64,000 bases of DNA from Nymphaea colorata (lineage: Eukaryota). Below are positions 1-14,900 of this stretch, in pieces. Numbering within the stretch: the stretch's first letter is position 1; each line of letters opens with the position of its first letter. The stretch is taken from contig NC_045138.2 in NCBI RefSeq assembly GCF_008831285.2, forward strand, positions 39,618,001 to 39,682,000, given 5' to 3'. The notes beneath the pieces were generated by a model. That model made no database searches and was not told the DNA's origin. It saw nothing but the letters and a program-made list of their open reading frames with translations. Made by a program: the position numbers and the translations under genes.

Positions 1-294
1 TCTTGAAAGGCCTGTGTCCGACTTCCAAGTTTGACAACTTAGGTCGGAACCTTTTGGGTCCTGCTTCTCTATGCTTATTTTGAAATACCTGGATGTTTCA
101 GGGGTGAAAATTGTTTTGCACATAACTTTCTTGATAAGTTCGTTTGATATTTTTGTTTTTGGCATTCTGGTTTTCTTTTATTCCCCTTTGGAGCTTACTG
201 ATTGGTATATACAGTTTTGCTGAGTTATATAATGCACATATTGTTATTTGCCATGAATTTGATGGCTTTATTTTGTTTTTATCTGCTTTGGCAG

Positions 295-2977
295 AGGATG
301 CACAGCTCACTCCAGTTTTGCGTCTTGGGGCTGGAGCATGTGCAGGCATTATTGCAATGTCTGCAACTTATCCCATGGACATGGTTCGCGGAAGGCTGAC
401 TGTTCAGGTCCTTAATATTTGCATTTTCTGCTCAAGTTTACCCTTGATAAAATTTGCATTTTCTGTTATTGAATGCATACTATTGTCCCTTCCTTGTAAT
501 GTGTAATGGTTCATGCAGACGGATAAGTCTCCATACCAGTATAGGGGAATGTTTCATGCATTGTCAACTATCCTACGTGAAGAAGGTTTTCGAGCTCTAT
601 ACAAGGGGTGGCTTCCTTCTGTCATTGGAGTGGTTTGTGAAATCTTTCTCCTTATTGTCACAGATTGTACCGATAATCTGCAATTCTGGATGGTTCAATA
701 TTTTGTCTTGCTTTACATATCAACGCCTTGCAACATTCTGATTGTTTTACAGAGGAAGGTTGCAAGTCTATTCTTTCATGCAGAACATTTGAGTGATTAG
801 AACATGTAAATAGTAAATATAATAAAATGGTATTTCCTCAATGTTGTGAAAATCTATTTATCTTGTCTGTTCTTACTATCTTGTATTAATATATTACAAC
901 CGTACTTCCACCTGCTTGTCTCTCTAATACATGAATAGATTGATGACTATATTATCACATTAATAGAAGTTTCTGTTACATTCTTGGTTAAAAGATTAAA
1001 ATGTCATCCAAAAGAAATTTCTTTTTGCTCCACATTTATTTGAAGTAAGAGACAAAAAATCAGCCAATATTTGTGCTTTGATTTTGGACTAGTTATCTAG
1101 TCACTGAAGAAGTCAAACCTAAATTCTTATGGTTAAATAGTTGGTTAAGATATAATAACTAATGGGCTATTTTGGATAAAAGGGTAATTAACAAGGTGTT
1201 CATGACCTTTGATAATATTTTGACTAGTGATGTAAAGGTGATTAGACATTCTTTAGTAATGTTAGGCAACTTTAGCGAGAGCATAATCGCTTTTGTACTG
1301 TGGAGGGGAAACCTAATAGGAAAATAAAATCAGGACATGCCTATTAAGGCATTCAGGTGTTTTTGCTTAAGATGAAGGATGAAGATTATTGTCATTATTT
1401 TGATGCCATTTGGTAGCCATAATATTATTTCTACCTTTTTCGATGATAAAACAAGTTCAAAATTTGTTTGGGTGTCTTTTTAAAGTTCTCTACTATTTTT
1501 GTAAATAATATAAAAGCAATATATTTTGACATTACAAAATTGTTCTCTTATGAAATCTTTGGTGTAATGACATGATTGACCTTTTATCTATCATTGTTCT
1601 TTTGTATGGTTCAATTATTTTTTTTGTTTATTAATGAAAAAGACCATTGGTTTGCAAAGCGTAACTTAATGAATAACATTTGGTTTCACCTGAAATATGT
1701 AGTTTGTGACTGTTCAGGAGTTTGATTTGCAGTCTCATTCATCACTAGCTTATACAAGTCTTTAGCCTATTATGACTTGTTCCTTTTATTTCCACAGGTT
1801 CCTTACGTTGGACTAAACTTTTCTGTATACGAGTCTTTGAAGGACTGGTTAATCAAAACAAGACCTTTTGGGCTTGTTGAGGACAATGAACTAGGTGTGA
1901 CTACAAGGCTTGCCTGTGGAGCTGTAGCTGGAACAATTGGACAAACAGTTGCATACCCACTGGATGTCATTCGTAGAAGAATGCAGATGGTAGGCTGGAG
2001 CCATGCAGCATCAATTGTTACAGGGGATGGGAGACGCACGGCTGCTCCGGAGTATAATGGCATGGTTGATGCATTTAGGAAAACAGTTCGCAATGAAGGT
2101 TTTGGGGCTTTATACAAGGGTCTAGTTCCTAACTCTGTGAAGGTGAGTGCTATCGTGTTTGCTGGAAGAGGAGCATGATTAAGGATCTATGGGGTTGTTA
2201 GCTTCACAGCTCACATCGAAGTAACTCCATTCTCTTCAAGGGAAATTACTCACTGCCCATTTAGATTGCTTGAAAACCATAAGTTGGTCCTATCTTCTGA
2301 AAAGGTGATCCTACCTAACAAATCAGTTTGGTAAGGAAGGGATGTTTATTAAACTTAATAGACACCATCAAGTCAGGGTTAGTAAGAATGTGGAGGCATT
2401 TTGCCTCCCTTGTTATTGAATTTTTGGTAGGGATTAGGAGATTTACAGATGGGTGGTAGCATCACAGACATGCACAAGACACACAGACAGGGACATAAAA
2501 GAGAGGGGAGATTGACAAACTAATCACAAATTTGTCATGTCTTGGCTGGTGTGACTGCTCATTAAGGCCTACTTTGTAGGATTAATGATTTAGCTGGTTG
2601 GGTAGGTCAATCTAAGAATTCAGCATTTTAAATCTGGGTGATGCCCCAACAATACAGGAAAAGGTCTTTAATCCTTATTTATGCCCTACAAAAGGAGTCA
2701 CCTTGTTGTCTGTTTTATGCCTTGTCTATGTTTGTGCATGTCACTACTATGCATCAGCATGAAGTCATGGCTGCCTGTCCATGGTAGTTTTAGGTTCATG
2801 GGTTGGTGGTACTGTTTGTTTCAAGACATATCTATTTGTCATCTGCATGTGGAAAGTACTTTAGCCGGCTGAATTATTGTTTTAATATTGCAGGTTGTGC
2901 CATCTATTGCTATTGCATTTGTGACATATGAGATAGTTAAAGATGTTTTAGGAGTTGAGATGAGAATATCTGACTGA
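295..2977 (+). CDS. ADNT1: Mitochondrial carrier family protein, ADNT1-like adenine nucleotide transporter; 5'-truncated by the window. Exons 295-407, 519-632, 1798-2142, 2894-2977
   Basis: Exons join in frame through GT..AG introns: EDAQLTPVLRLGAGACAGIIAMSATYPMDMVRGRLTVQ|TDKSPYQYRGMFHALSTILREEGFRALYKGWLPSVIGV|VPYVGLNFSVYESLKDWL...AYPLDVIRRRMQ...LYKGLVPNSVK|VVPSIAIAFVTYEIVKDVLGVEMRISD*. Two carrier signature motifs PxDxxRxR are present, and the C-terminus resembles plant ADNT1. Confidence 0.92.
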
Positions 2978-4969
2978 GGTTGCCATGACCGAGGGCGCAG
3001 TTGAGGGCTCAGATGTGATTTTTGTAGGCATCAAAGACCAGAGGAAGATAATATCTTATAATGCATATTGGTTGCTGATTGTGCCTGAAAAAACACACAC
3101 TTTAGTAGGACTAAGCAGTCTGTTTTCTTCATTCTTATGCAGTCAATAAAGCATTATAAAGGGGGTAATGGAGGAAGTTACTTCAGCATTCAAGCCGTAA
3201 CTCTTCTATGTGATCTGTTGTAGCATTTTCTCTTTGTTTGGTTTCTTTGAAGGTATCATCTTATTTTTGGGTTTCTGCTCTAGGTCTTTTATCATATCTC
3301 AGCCTAGAATTATGCTCAAAATGTCTGGCGCATGAGAAATTTAAATTTATGGTGCTCACGTGGGTTAGACATTTTTTCCCTCATTACGTAGGATTCTATT
3401 CTGTGAATAACTCTGGCAATTGTCTTGTAAGTTTGCTAATACCTGATGTGATGTAATGCACCAGAGAGCTTTTGGATTTTGATACTTGATAAAATAAAAG
3501 GAATCATTCATGAGCTATAATAATTCCTTATATACTCTGTTTTATTCAACTGTCTACATTTGACATTTTGTATATCATCGTTTTACAACTGCTAGAAAGG
3601 AAAAAAATGCAGCTTCAAATTACGACTTGCAAATGTTCTTTGGATGTTGATGGTGCAGTGATCTTCTACTCGGATTGGGACTAGAGGCCTCTTATTTGGC
3701 CTGAAATTTGTGACCTGACGTGTCTAGCCATTTGCAGCTTGATCGTTTTATATTATTATTTCTACAACCTTCATAACCTCTTTACGAAATATTACACTCT
3801 TGCTGGCATCAGCTCATGTTATCGTGGATTTGCTTTGTGATTTTCTTAATTTCAAATTGTCACGGTCAATCGAGTCCTGCCGGTCTCTTCATGGTTGCTC
3901 GACTATTCACTATTCCTTGGACTGCAATGTTCTTTAGTTATTCAACTTTATGATTATCCTTGCGGATCCATGTTCTCTTTCTTATCTTGTTTTCTTCCAT
4001 CTAAGTTCTCTTTTTTCCTAGTAACCTCACCAAAGCTCTGGATTTTAGCGCTTCTTGACGATGAAGATGTTCTTTTTCTTGAACTTGTCCTTTCTGTTGT
4101 CTCGACTGCAAACAACGCAAAGTGCTGGTTTTCTTTCTGTGGCTTTAATATTTGGTTGCTTTCCATTATCGGGTTTTAATCATCCAAGATTCTCTATTCT
4201 GGAACGGACAGAGAGAAAGGAGGGTTTTCGATCCTTTTTATGTCCGTACCTCAACCTTATCTTTGGTCAAGAACCTGATTATCGGGTTCTCTGCATTCGA
4301 GGAATTCACTTCTTGAGCATTGTTAACCGAAGATGAAAACTTGAATTTGTTTTGTTTTTCCTCTGACCTGTGTTGAAACCATTTATGTCAATCTCTTCTG
4401 CCCTCTTCGTTTATTTGAAACACAATGAAACAACATTCAGGATGCTGAACTTACTCGCACGTGGCGAGTACCCTTGTCATTGGGGATTTGCTTAGACTGG
4501 TGCGAAGGTTGGTGCCTCTATAATTTTAATTGTGGCAACTTTACAGCAAAGATCCAATTTAAAAACTGCCTCAAATCCCTATGCCTGTCTACAAGATTTT
4601 CTTAATTGCTTTTTTCTTTTTCTGGTTTGGTCGTATGATTAGCATGCATTTAAATGACGCATGTAACTGTTTCCGTTAAGCATTTTCTTCACTTGTGTCT
4701 TGTACATTAACATTTTCATGTGGCTAGCCAAGCCTCGGTTCTGTATAAAACAGATATTTATACAAATTTCTAGCTCACAGTTTCTTCGTGTCAGCATACA
4801 AGGGGAAATAACCTGTGTTTCCTTTGCACTCTTTCCGAAGAAAAATTGCGGGAGAGTAGGTCGCGCAAACCTTGATTTATCTCAAAAGAAGCTGTATATA
4901 CAAGAACTACAGAAGACTAGAATTTCGAGGAGCACCGTTGGGACAAGTCTGTCTATAGTCGAACCAGCT

Positions 4970-5345
4970 AATGTCAATAGATTGGAGTAGAATTGGATAC
5001 ACCCTTAAACGTATTTGTTATTTTGGATATTGTTTGAATTCAGATTGAAATACAAATAAAGATAAGTCATATTCGAATCTGAATCCGAACTCCGACTTCA
5101 CAGTCCAAATTTGTTTTTTATTTCATATTGAATTTGAATACGAATTTGGCTATATTTCAAAATGCAAGAGCATTAAGTATAAGATATTTGTTTAAAAGTA
5201 AGTTCGTTCTGAATCCTTATCCGAATTTGATCAGATATTTATGCATATCCAAATCCGAATATGGTCGGATGTCATTTTTTCGTATCCAATGTTCAGAACG
5301 GTTTGACTGAATGCCCGATCCAAATCGGATACATTGACATCCCTC
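4970..5345. mobile_element. Non-autonomous DNA transposon (MITE-like) rich in ATCCGAAT/ATTCGGAT motifs
   Basis: Ends ATGTCAATAG... and ...CATTGACATCCCT are inverted with respect to each other; many internal TCCGAA/GGATA motifs. Related degenerate copies near 12460-12740, 22540-22900 and 56360-56790. Confidence 0.55.
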
Positions 5346-5349
5346 TTTG

Positions 5350-6890
5350 AGCATCAAAACTAGCAAGCTCTCAATTGGCATACTAGGAATGAAACCTTCA
5401 GCACTTCTCAAATTAGAGACATTAATTTCAAAGTGAGTGGCAATTAGGTCACAACACCGAGGAGAGGGGGGTGGTGGTAGGGCTGGTAGGCAGCAAGTAT
5501 GTGTTTCGAATCCCTGCGGTACTTGGAGGCTATACTTGCTTCGAATCCCTGCGGTACTTGGAGGCAAGGCTGGAGGTTTCGATTCTCTTGTTGGGCGGTA
5601 AGGACAAAGTAGCCCACCTCCTCACCCGACACACTCCCTTTACATTCAGCAGCTTTGGATAATGAGTAACGGCACTAAGGAGACAAAAGAACAGTGCCAG
5701 TTGGCCTTACAGCTCCACCCCAAAGGGGATAAATCCAAGGAACATATCAGATTGTGTTTTGGACGCAATCAAACGAATGCATAATTTTGCGTCAAATTAA
5801 TCAGGGAGCAATTATCAATGGAGGAAGGCCTCCTAAGGACACCATCATTTTTGGGGCAATTTCATCAAGGATGGGAAATCTGTGAAGTAGATGGCATCTG
5901 CCCTCCAAGCAACGTTTTAGAGTGCCAATCCATTTACCGTTGTCGGAGAAGCTGAAAGGACTTCTCGTCCGTTGGATGCATTGATTCATAGACACATTTC
6001 ATATCTACCAGGGAGGTGGTCAGGGTTCAGAAATCAAGTTACAAGTTATCCACCGAGAGACTTCCTGCTGGTGTTCTTTCCAGTCCTTTGCTTTATCAAC
6101 ACAGGCTTTCCAAACAATATGTCTGAACTGAGTAATTGTGAATCTGGTCTCGTGATGTAACATCTCGTTCCTCAAAGCCCAAATCTTCCATATGACCGTA
6201 GGGAATATCAATTTCCAACACTCACTCATCATCCTCTTTTGAAGGAGGCTGAGTTCTGTCCCCAGGGGGCTGGCGCAATGATCTGGAAGGGGGCTGTTAT
6301 ATGGCTAGTTCCTATTTTGAATCCCCGAGACATCTATTTGCACTGTAAAAGAAGCTACATATATGCAGGTCGCACTTGAAGTGCAGTGCTGATGACATCC
6401 CGAGACACCAAAAAACTATACGAGGACAAGGAGTTGGGTGAAAACTTCGCTCTTTTCTGATTAGTAGAATAAAATACTCATCCTACTCTCCCAAATGGAG
6501 GCTGAGTTCCATTTCTAGAATTCTTGTGCTACTAAAGAGGGGGGTTGGGTGCTGGAGAGAGCCTCTTCTTGGTAAATTTCCTCATAACATCTAACCATGT
6601 ATGGGTGGAGAATTTGTAAGCAAAGAGAGATGATCAGTAGTATCCTCTCTTTGACTACAACAACGAACCTTGGCATGGCAATCTATTTTCGCAGGCCATG
6701 TAAAGAGTCCATTTGCATCTAGGAGGGCAGGAATGTGCTAAAACTCTATCCATCTATGACTATTGTGCGTAATTAAATGACAAAATAAGTTCAATGAGTT
6801 CCTGTTCCAGAATGTTCAAATCGATTTGGTGGCAAATCTATTTGATTCATCTGCAAGGGTGCCTCCTGATACCCAGTTTCCATAATTGGA
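5350..6890 (-). mobile_element. Decayed L1-type LINE retrotransposon fragment (3' part of ORF2); boundaries approximate
   Basis: Minus-strand ORF 6020-6232 contains CWKLIFPTVIWKIWALRNEMLH, the W-x-IWxxRN motif typical of the region after zf-RVT in plant LINE ORF2. Flanking frames are broken by stops and frameshifts. Confidence 0.6.
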
Positions 6891-8637
6891 TTTTACTTTT
6901 AAAATTTTCCTATGTTTGATGATTTTTATATGCATTTTCTTTTATTTGTGACTCGAACGGATTTAAGACACTCTCTCAGCTGCTTCCCTGAATTGGCGGC
7001 TTTCCTCAATCGGCATCCTGACTGATTCAAGTCAATTTCTGATTTCACCACACTGATTCAACAAAAATCAATCCGATGGATGTGATTAGGTACATAATAT
7101 TTATTTTTCTTTTAAGACAAAAACGATAGCATAAGAAATCATGATCATGTTTTTTTTTTTTAAATAAATCTTATTGGACGACCAAAAGGACTGAGCTGAT
7201 TATTATCTGCAACATTACATCGAGTAACTTATCTAGAGAACCACCGTGAGACGATGATCTGATCATCTTATAAAGCAAAAATAGAGTCCTCCTATTCATT
7301 GGGTTACTAGTAGCGGAGCTATATATACGTTATACGTAGGTGTAGGTAATTGCTCAGGTCAACAACAAAATTTTTATTTAGTTTTACATAATTTTTTTGT
7401 AATTATTTACTTATTTATATATGTTGTGCTTCTACTCCGCCACTTCCCAACAAGAACCTTTAATTACACTGTTTTAGTTCAATGCACCTCCTTCACGTGG
7501 AAGAGATCCAGAGAGATCAGAAGAGAGTGGGGCACCTAAAGCACGTGGTCTCGACACTGCTATTGTTGATCATGCACATTAATAGTTGTTTGGTTTATTG
7601 CACACGCGTAGTCGTTTTTAGAGAGATCCGTAACGATCCAAAAGAAATGCAGACAGACATAATCTTTCTAGAGTTCCAAGTGGACGCGTACGCTCAATAA
7701 TAATAAATAATCAACTTTGGCTTCTTCTGAAGCCTGAATGTTCATGAGCTATTGTCCTAGTCGGCGACATGACTTGCTATTAGCTTACAGTAAATGGAGA
7801 CAGGATTCTTGGAGCAACTATGGAGAAAGTATTCATCTTCTTCTCTCGACACCGTTTACATGACCTGTATGAAAGAAGGTTATGCATTAGGGATAAGCCT
7901 GACTCTAATGCAGAAGCGAAGATTAAGGCAGAGACATTGTTGCTGATGAAGATTACAGCAGCGTTGAAAATAAGGGAAAAGTAAATTGTAACACAGCAAT
8001 TACCAAGTAAGGTTTTCAAAATAAGTCGATGCCATCATCATCAAGTCAAGAAAGGCATTGTAACAACTCATATTATTTAGGAGCAATAGTTGAAAATCGT
8101 TCTAGAAATCCCTTATAAATACAAGGGACTTGCTTAATTGGATTTCAAGGCCAATGGCCTTTCATGGGTAAAGAAAATATGCTTTTCAGTTCTTTTCTGT
8201 TATTCTTTTATTTTTTTCTTCACTGCAATCCCATTTATCAGTTTCTGTTTTTGTTTGTTCCGCGTGAACTGAACGTGACTTGGCAAGTTGGAGACGACCA
8301 ATCTCCGGAAATAGATTCTTTTTCTTACCTCTTGTGTTCCGATCTACTAGTTTCTTGGCTTTCGTTGGCTTTACATAAAAGTCAGTGCGATTTAGTTTGC
8401 CAACTGTAATAAGCTGCCGACAACCGGTCATCCGAAATGGTTAGGCTGTCTTTTGTAGATCTACTGGTTCGCACATTAGCCAAATTAATGATAAGGAAAG
8501 AATCTGGATTTGGACTAACTGTAAATTTACAGTTAATGTTTGATTCCAAACCAAATCTTTTAAAATCTGGATTCAGTTTTGTGTTGTTCATAATTATCTT
8601 GTCCAATGAATTCTGACGAGCATGTGAGCACGTGCAG

Positions 8638-8686
<49 letters not shown>
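8638..8686. repeat. Compound microsatellite (AC)n(GA)n
   Basis: Directly visible. Confidence 0.95.
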
Positions 8687-8689
<3 letters not shown>

Positions 8690-11346
8690 CTATAGCCATA
8701 AATTCAGTTCCCATAAAAGTTAGCAGTTGAAAATGAAATTTCTCGTAGCAAAACCAGCATTCAGTTGGTTACCATTGATTTAAACTGCATAGAATACTCA
8801 AATCCAATTATCAATTGGGTACCATTTGCTTTACTACGCTCCATTAACTAATTGGGGATTTGGGTTGGTAATGAGCTAAATCGGACTTGCTTTCATCCCC
8901 AAGTGTGTGGTAGATGTTTAAAATAGAAAATTCAATCAGTGTTTAACTTGGTAAGGAGCAATAATCCGCGTAAGATATTATAATACTTTGTGCTTGCCCT
9001 TACCCATATGCACGATATGTAAATTAAAATAATGATCTAGTTTAAATGAGGATACAAAAAATTTCAGACTCATACCGAGTATTGACTTGAATACAGATCT
9101 AGTTAGTTGGTACTGAAATTTGTAAAGCCAAACTTGGATCTAACCTTAAAATGGATCAGCAAATTAATTAAATACATGCAAATACCACTTTTCACATGCC
9201 AATTATGGTTTCAGTTTTAGCAAGGTCCTATCCAACTTCAAACCTCAGAACAAGCCAGAATGTTGTGCTTGATTCTAATTAGACTGTATCAATCTAATCA
9301 TTCGCCTTTAGCATACATCCTGAAATCTATATTTTTTATATGGGAAAATTTTGAATCTGAATTTACGCAGATCTGTGTGGATGACAACTTGTATTACAGT
9401 AGTTAGTTTAAAGCAAAGGGCATCGAAAATTCCATACTGACCATAGAGCCGCAAATCTTCAGCTTGATTTTATCATGTCAAATCGAACCAAATCAGACAA
9501 ATAACCATTATCATCCCTTACTGCCTCGGATGATTATCTTTTTTCAAAAACAATACAAGCTTCACCCTTTTTCTTTCTGTGACATCAATGCTATCGTCCC
9601 CATTACTCGACAGTACCACTTAGTTTCAAGTTTCAACATCAAAACCATCATTTCGTACACATTCTTTATTGCCAAAATCATCTTAACTGCATCTTTTTAG
9701 CGTCGAACCCACTGAAACTGTTCAAAATATCCCCGCATTCAATTATTTTCAATGTCTGCAAGTAGGAAGGCAGCATGCTGAAGCTATGGAGTTGGATCCT
9801 GTGTGACTGCAAAAAATGAATTTAGGATGCATCATTGCGTCAGTACTGATGTCGATTAGGTAAAACATATTGTCAAATGTCTAATCAATGGCCTGTCTTT
9901 ATATCAATTATCAAGCAATTAGGTCCTAGGAATACATGGACTGAGTACTTACGTGTGAGCTGTTTGATCAACTTGATTGATGATATTTTTTTCATCTTGT
10001 GAACCAGCAGTAAAGTTTTTCCAACAACTCATTGTCGATTCACAAGGTTTCCATATTTATTCAGGTCATACATGCAGTGTTAATAAGGCAGCATATTTTG
10101 GATTCAAGCATGTCTATTGTGTTTAAATGACTTTTGTTTTCTCTATACTTTCCTTTGGCATTTGGCGGATACCCAACAGTTTTTTTCCCCTTTTTTTAAA
10201 GGGTGACTGGTTTTTTCCCCTGTGCCTACACTTCCTAAGGTTTACAGATCATGCTTCAGAACTATTACAGTTCCTAAGAATGTGACAACAACTACCTAAG
10301 AATTTAAACCCAAGTTCCTGAAGAAGGTAAGACTGCCTTGCCAGCCAGTGCACGGCAACCCTTATAGGGTCGATACTCAACAGCTTATTCGAAAGAAAAC
10401 TGTATATAAAAAACAACACTAGAGTTGCATGAATGCTTCCATTTTGGAGGTTTCTCTTTCCATTGTTCAGCGAAGACAAGGGACTCTCACAAATTCATGA
10501 GCCACACGATCTTAACCTTTGCCCACAAAATCCATTCAATATATTACTTCTATAATTCATTACAAGTCATGGTACTTAAATTCTTAAGCCATTTTTTTCT
10601 TTTTGCAACGAAGAAGCATTGTGTTTGACATTCGTTTGCAGTAGTGCACCGTGAATTATCTTCTGGTTTTTAAAATGTTGGACGCCTAATGTACTTATAA
10701 ACTGTTCTACTAAGCCTTATGGGAACCAGAAGAACAAGAAGTTTTACTGATTTAACTTGTCCTGGTTTGCGAGGGACCCAGACTTGGCGAGAACTGTATC
10801 ACTTGTTCTTCCGCTTTCGAATCTGACAGCCACTAACGGGCATGATAATGCAAGTAGGTACCTATCTCTTGGATCCGGTATCTGGGACAACGTAATGTTG
10901 TATTCTTATATGAAACTGTGGGCATGAAGTAGGTATCTATTTACTCGGAGGGGTTGTGGGTGGGAAGTTCCTGAAAAAGCTTGTGTTTAAATCCTCTAGT
11001 GGTTGCGGTCACATCTCAGTTTTTCTCTCAACCATTTATCATTTCACCTATAAAAGAAAAAAGAAAAAAAAAGTATGTATTTATTTGTCTTTTGTTTCTA
11101 ATTGACTTGGTTGAGCAATTCAATTTGGAGTGAAATTTTGTCCCACCATTACCAACTTGATATCCAAAAAAATGGACTAATGTTTCAGTTTAAATGACTA
11201 AAAGGTAAGGGGTCCGCCATTGCCTGTAACAAAAAATTGACTGAAGAATGATTCAATTTTCGAAACAAAAGGTTGTTTAAAATGTGGGCACAAATGCGAA
11301 CTCAGGCCGATTGAATATAGAAAGGATTTCTAGGGAAAAGAAACCC

Positions 11347-11363
11347 CTCTCTCTCTTTATATA

Positions 11364-11403
<40 letters not shown>
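11347..11403. repeat. Compound microsatellite (CT)n(TA)n(TAA)n
   Basis: Directly visible. Confidence 0.9.
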
Positions 11404-11407
<4 letters not shown>

Positions 11408-11838
11408 TGTGGACAGCATAGATATGAAATTATGCTAGTGACTGTCGCCTAAACTTTATTGCTGTGTCATGGGTAAAATAAAATTTTAAAGACAAGTACA
11501 ACTTGTTATTTGCATTTTTAAATGATAGTTTTACACGTGATGCATAGTGAATTGTCAATCAAGTTGATGGTGATTGATATATATAAATCAAACTGTTCTT
11601 GACGAGTCTAAAATACCATTTAAGTGAGAAGAGAGAGAGAGAGAGAGAGAGAGAACAACCAATGAGTGTCCTTAAATAAAACTGGTTGTTTGTAACATAG
11701 TCCTTGAGTTTTCCCTCATACTATTTCCTAATTAACACTTGCTAATGCTTCTTCTTCCCCAAGTTTTTTGAAAATTCATCCTCCTACTTTTTTGAGCAAG
11801 AGCAATTCCATCATTACATGGTGTTGTCATCTCCCATG

Positions 11839-11924
11839 CAGAGCGGAGCCAAAAAAATTTCATATTAAAAAAAAAATGAAGGTGGGGCCAGGGCCCATGC
11901 AGGCCCCCCTTGGCTCCGTCCCTA
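11839..11924. mobile_element. Short hAT-like MITE (CAGGGGCGGAGC-type TIR family)
   Basis: Ends CAGAGCGGAGCC...GGCTCCGTCCCTA, flanked by degenerate 8-bp repeats CTCCCATG / CTCTGATG. Confidence 0.6.
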
Positions 11925-14900
11925 CTCTGATGGCACGAGGAAGGAGGTGAATATTTCCCTTCCACCTATGTGAGGCTGAATAGGGCCAATACTCATTACC
12001 TAATTTTTAGTTTGTTGTTGCTTTTGCTATGTGTTATCTGGGCGCACATATCTAGGAGTGACCCATTCCTTTGCCACTAGATTTAGAGAACATCCCTCCA
12101 ACTTGCCCTTTTGAGGGCGAGGGCCAGTTTAATGGAGGAAGACAATGGCTGATCAGTCTAATGCTAGCACCTAAGTTGTTTATGTTGTTGATGTTTTTTG
12201 TTGTACCTATGAACACTATAAAAAAATTGTTGTGTAAATAAACCATTACCAGTTGGTCACTGCTCACACAGTAGACGCGGTTATGGACAAAAGAAACTTA
12301 ATCATGGTTGCATACATGCCAACATATAATTAATGTTGCATCAATAGTCTGCCCATAAATTCATGATGATGTCGTTGCCGAGAATTGTTACTATTAAATC
12401 CTTTATTGGCTCTATGCATAATGGATACCAAATGCATGCATTAGAACTTTTGATCGCTGTTAGGAATGTCAATGGAACATATTTTGATCGAATATCCAAT
12501 CAAATTGCTTTAAATAAATCGAATATGAACAAAAATTTGATATCTGAATAAAAAATCAGATTGTATTCAGTATTAAAAATTGATATATGATTAAAGTCAG
12601 ATTTAGATTTAATATCCAATAGATAAGCAATCGGATATCAATTTTTTTTTTTAAAAAATTGAATATCTATACCTGCACTTACAATCCAAATCCAAATTTA
12701 AATTTATAAAATCCGAAACAAGAATCCGGATACAACCTTGGTTCAGGACTGGACGTGCAAAAAAACATTACTTCTCTCTAGTGAAAAATTCCGAGTGAGG
12801 CTCGATTTTGTAGAGGATGTTAGGCCTGAGCAACTCGAGTTCGACTTGTTAAAGCGTGGCTTGAGCCTCAGTTTGAGCTATATCTGTTGCTAATTAAACA
12901 GCAAGTCAGCTCGAATTTGAATTTAAGCTCGCTCACATAAACAAGTCGAGTTCAAGTTGCCTCGACTCGACCCAAAAAAACTTTCCTTGATTACATTTTT
13001 TATGTATATCTATGATTTCGTTTTATATTCAGTAGTTTTGGATAAACAAGTCCAATGAAAAATCTTGTCACTTAATGGGTATTGCTAAACGAGCCTAAAC
13101 GAGTTGAGCTGGAGTTTCGACTTGACTTATGGAGTTGAGATCAATCTGAGCAATCTAGGAATAAGTCATCAAGCTTAGACTCAACTTGGCATTAGTTCAT
13201 GAATATGTTCAAAACAAATAGGTAGATTCATGAAACACTCAATTTATAGCACTGCCAAAGGAAGCGGCCCCTCCTTGCTGACATGCGGCTAATGAAAGTG
13301 GGCCTGCCCTACTGCATGTCATGTCAGTTGGGGTCAGCCTTTCATGCCTGGCCCTGCAGGCCTCAACTGATAACCTGCATCCATATTTGAGTGGTGGGAA
13401 TACCTAATCTGTCCAACATCCAAAAAGTGGACATCTGTAAAGGTGATGAAGATGAATGAAGAACCTGAGTGAGGAAATGATGAATGCAGAGAATCATAAT
13501 GAAAAAAGACATGCTAACTAAAGCTGCAATAAGGATGGATTCCAGAAATCTAAATACATTGGAGGTCAGGGCAGAGGTAGATATAATACAATAGCGAGAT
13601 GACAAAGCCCTCAGACCAGTTCTGCTCCATTTGCAGCTCCAAGATTAATGCAGGAACTTGCTAGAATTGAGCGTATGTGGGGGGTCCCAATTTTGGATTC
13701 TTCTTCGTTATCTCCTCCATTTGCTGCTCATGCCTGCATTATTGAGGCAATGAATCAGACATTAACATGTGAAGTGGTTTTCTCTTGAAGAAGCAGCATC
13801 TGCAATTTCATTGGAAATGTCTACTGCCCAACAAATCTTCTGCAGCGGTTATTGTGCTTTATTTAGATGGTAAAGTTATGTTTAACATAAATAACAATAA
13901 CAATGATAATTTAAAAAGTAAAAGGAAAGGTTTAGTAGCCCTTTCTTTGGCCACCAAAAAGAAAGAAAGAAAAAAAACCAGTTAAAAGATCCATCTGTAC
14001 TGGATTTGTCCTCCCTCAAGTTGAAGGAGGTCAGGAGTTCGAATAATTGCTTACCAACAGCAAAGTAGCTCGGTGTGTATGTAATATAAACTGAAATTTC
14101 TTAAATTATAGTACACGTGCATAATGGTTGTCGAGCACACTGAGCCTAAGACTTGTAAATGTTCCCAAGCTTCTTGCGCGGTGTACCTAGCCAACTAAAA
14201 TTCTTGTAGTTCTGACTAGGGATCTGAAAACATTAGGGTATGTTTGATAGTCTTGAATTTCAGATCTAAAAACTGACACGAAATCTAACCTTTATGAGCT
14301 TCATTGTTTAAACAAACAGTGGATTTCAGCACTGTCCGTTTTAGAATCTCAGATTTGAGATCTTCATTGATTTTATATCACTTCGGGTCTCATATTCAAG
14401 GTAGGGAGCGCAGCCTTAGTTGGTTCAGATCAACGGCAAGACTCAAATTCTGAATCTGGCTCAGGGGTGGAGCTAGAAAATTCTGGTTAATGCGCTACTT
14501 GGGCACCACCAGCCTGACTAGCTTTGCTACACTCTTGAGGTCTTGTTGCTCGAGCTATACATACATAAAAACAATTAGAGGGTGTTTAATAAGAAAAAGC
14601 TATGTCTTTGCAACCGGGGGTGGAGCCAAAAATTTTTCATGAATGGGGTGGGGGGTGGGTTAGGCATAAGCCCAGTGCCTGACCATGATTGGCCATAGAG
14701 TCACTAGGTTTGGCCGGATGCCGCTAGGCGATGACCTGGTCAACCTGGTACCGAAACTGGTAACCATTGTGGAAGTGGGCATCTTTCTCATTGCTTGTGG
14801 GTCAGCCCACTCACTACTTGAAAGCCGCAGTCGGGTTGAAGCACAACAAAATCCCACTCCTGCAACAGATTTTTGTTCAAGTTTATCAATTTGAATTCTG

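Noticed and set aside
4452..4470. Small hairpin TACTCGC-ACGTG-GCGAGTA as a possible Helitron 3' end
   Set aside because: No CTRR terminus at the expected distance; could be chance.
10248..10332. Exon-like segment on the plus strand (TTTACAG|...GAAG|GTAAGA)
   Set aside because: Stop codons in all three frames and no clear partner exons; insufficient evidence.
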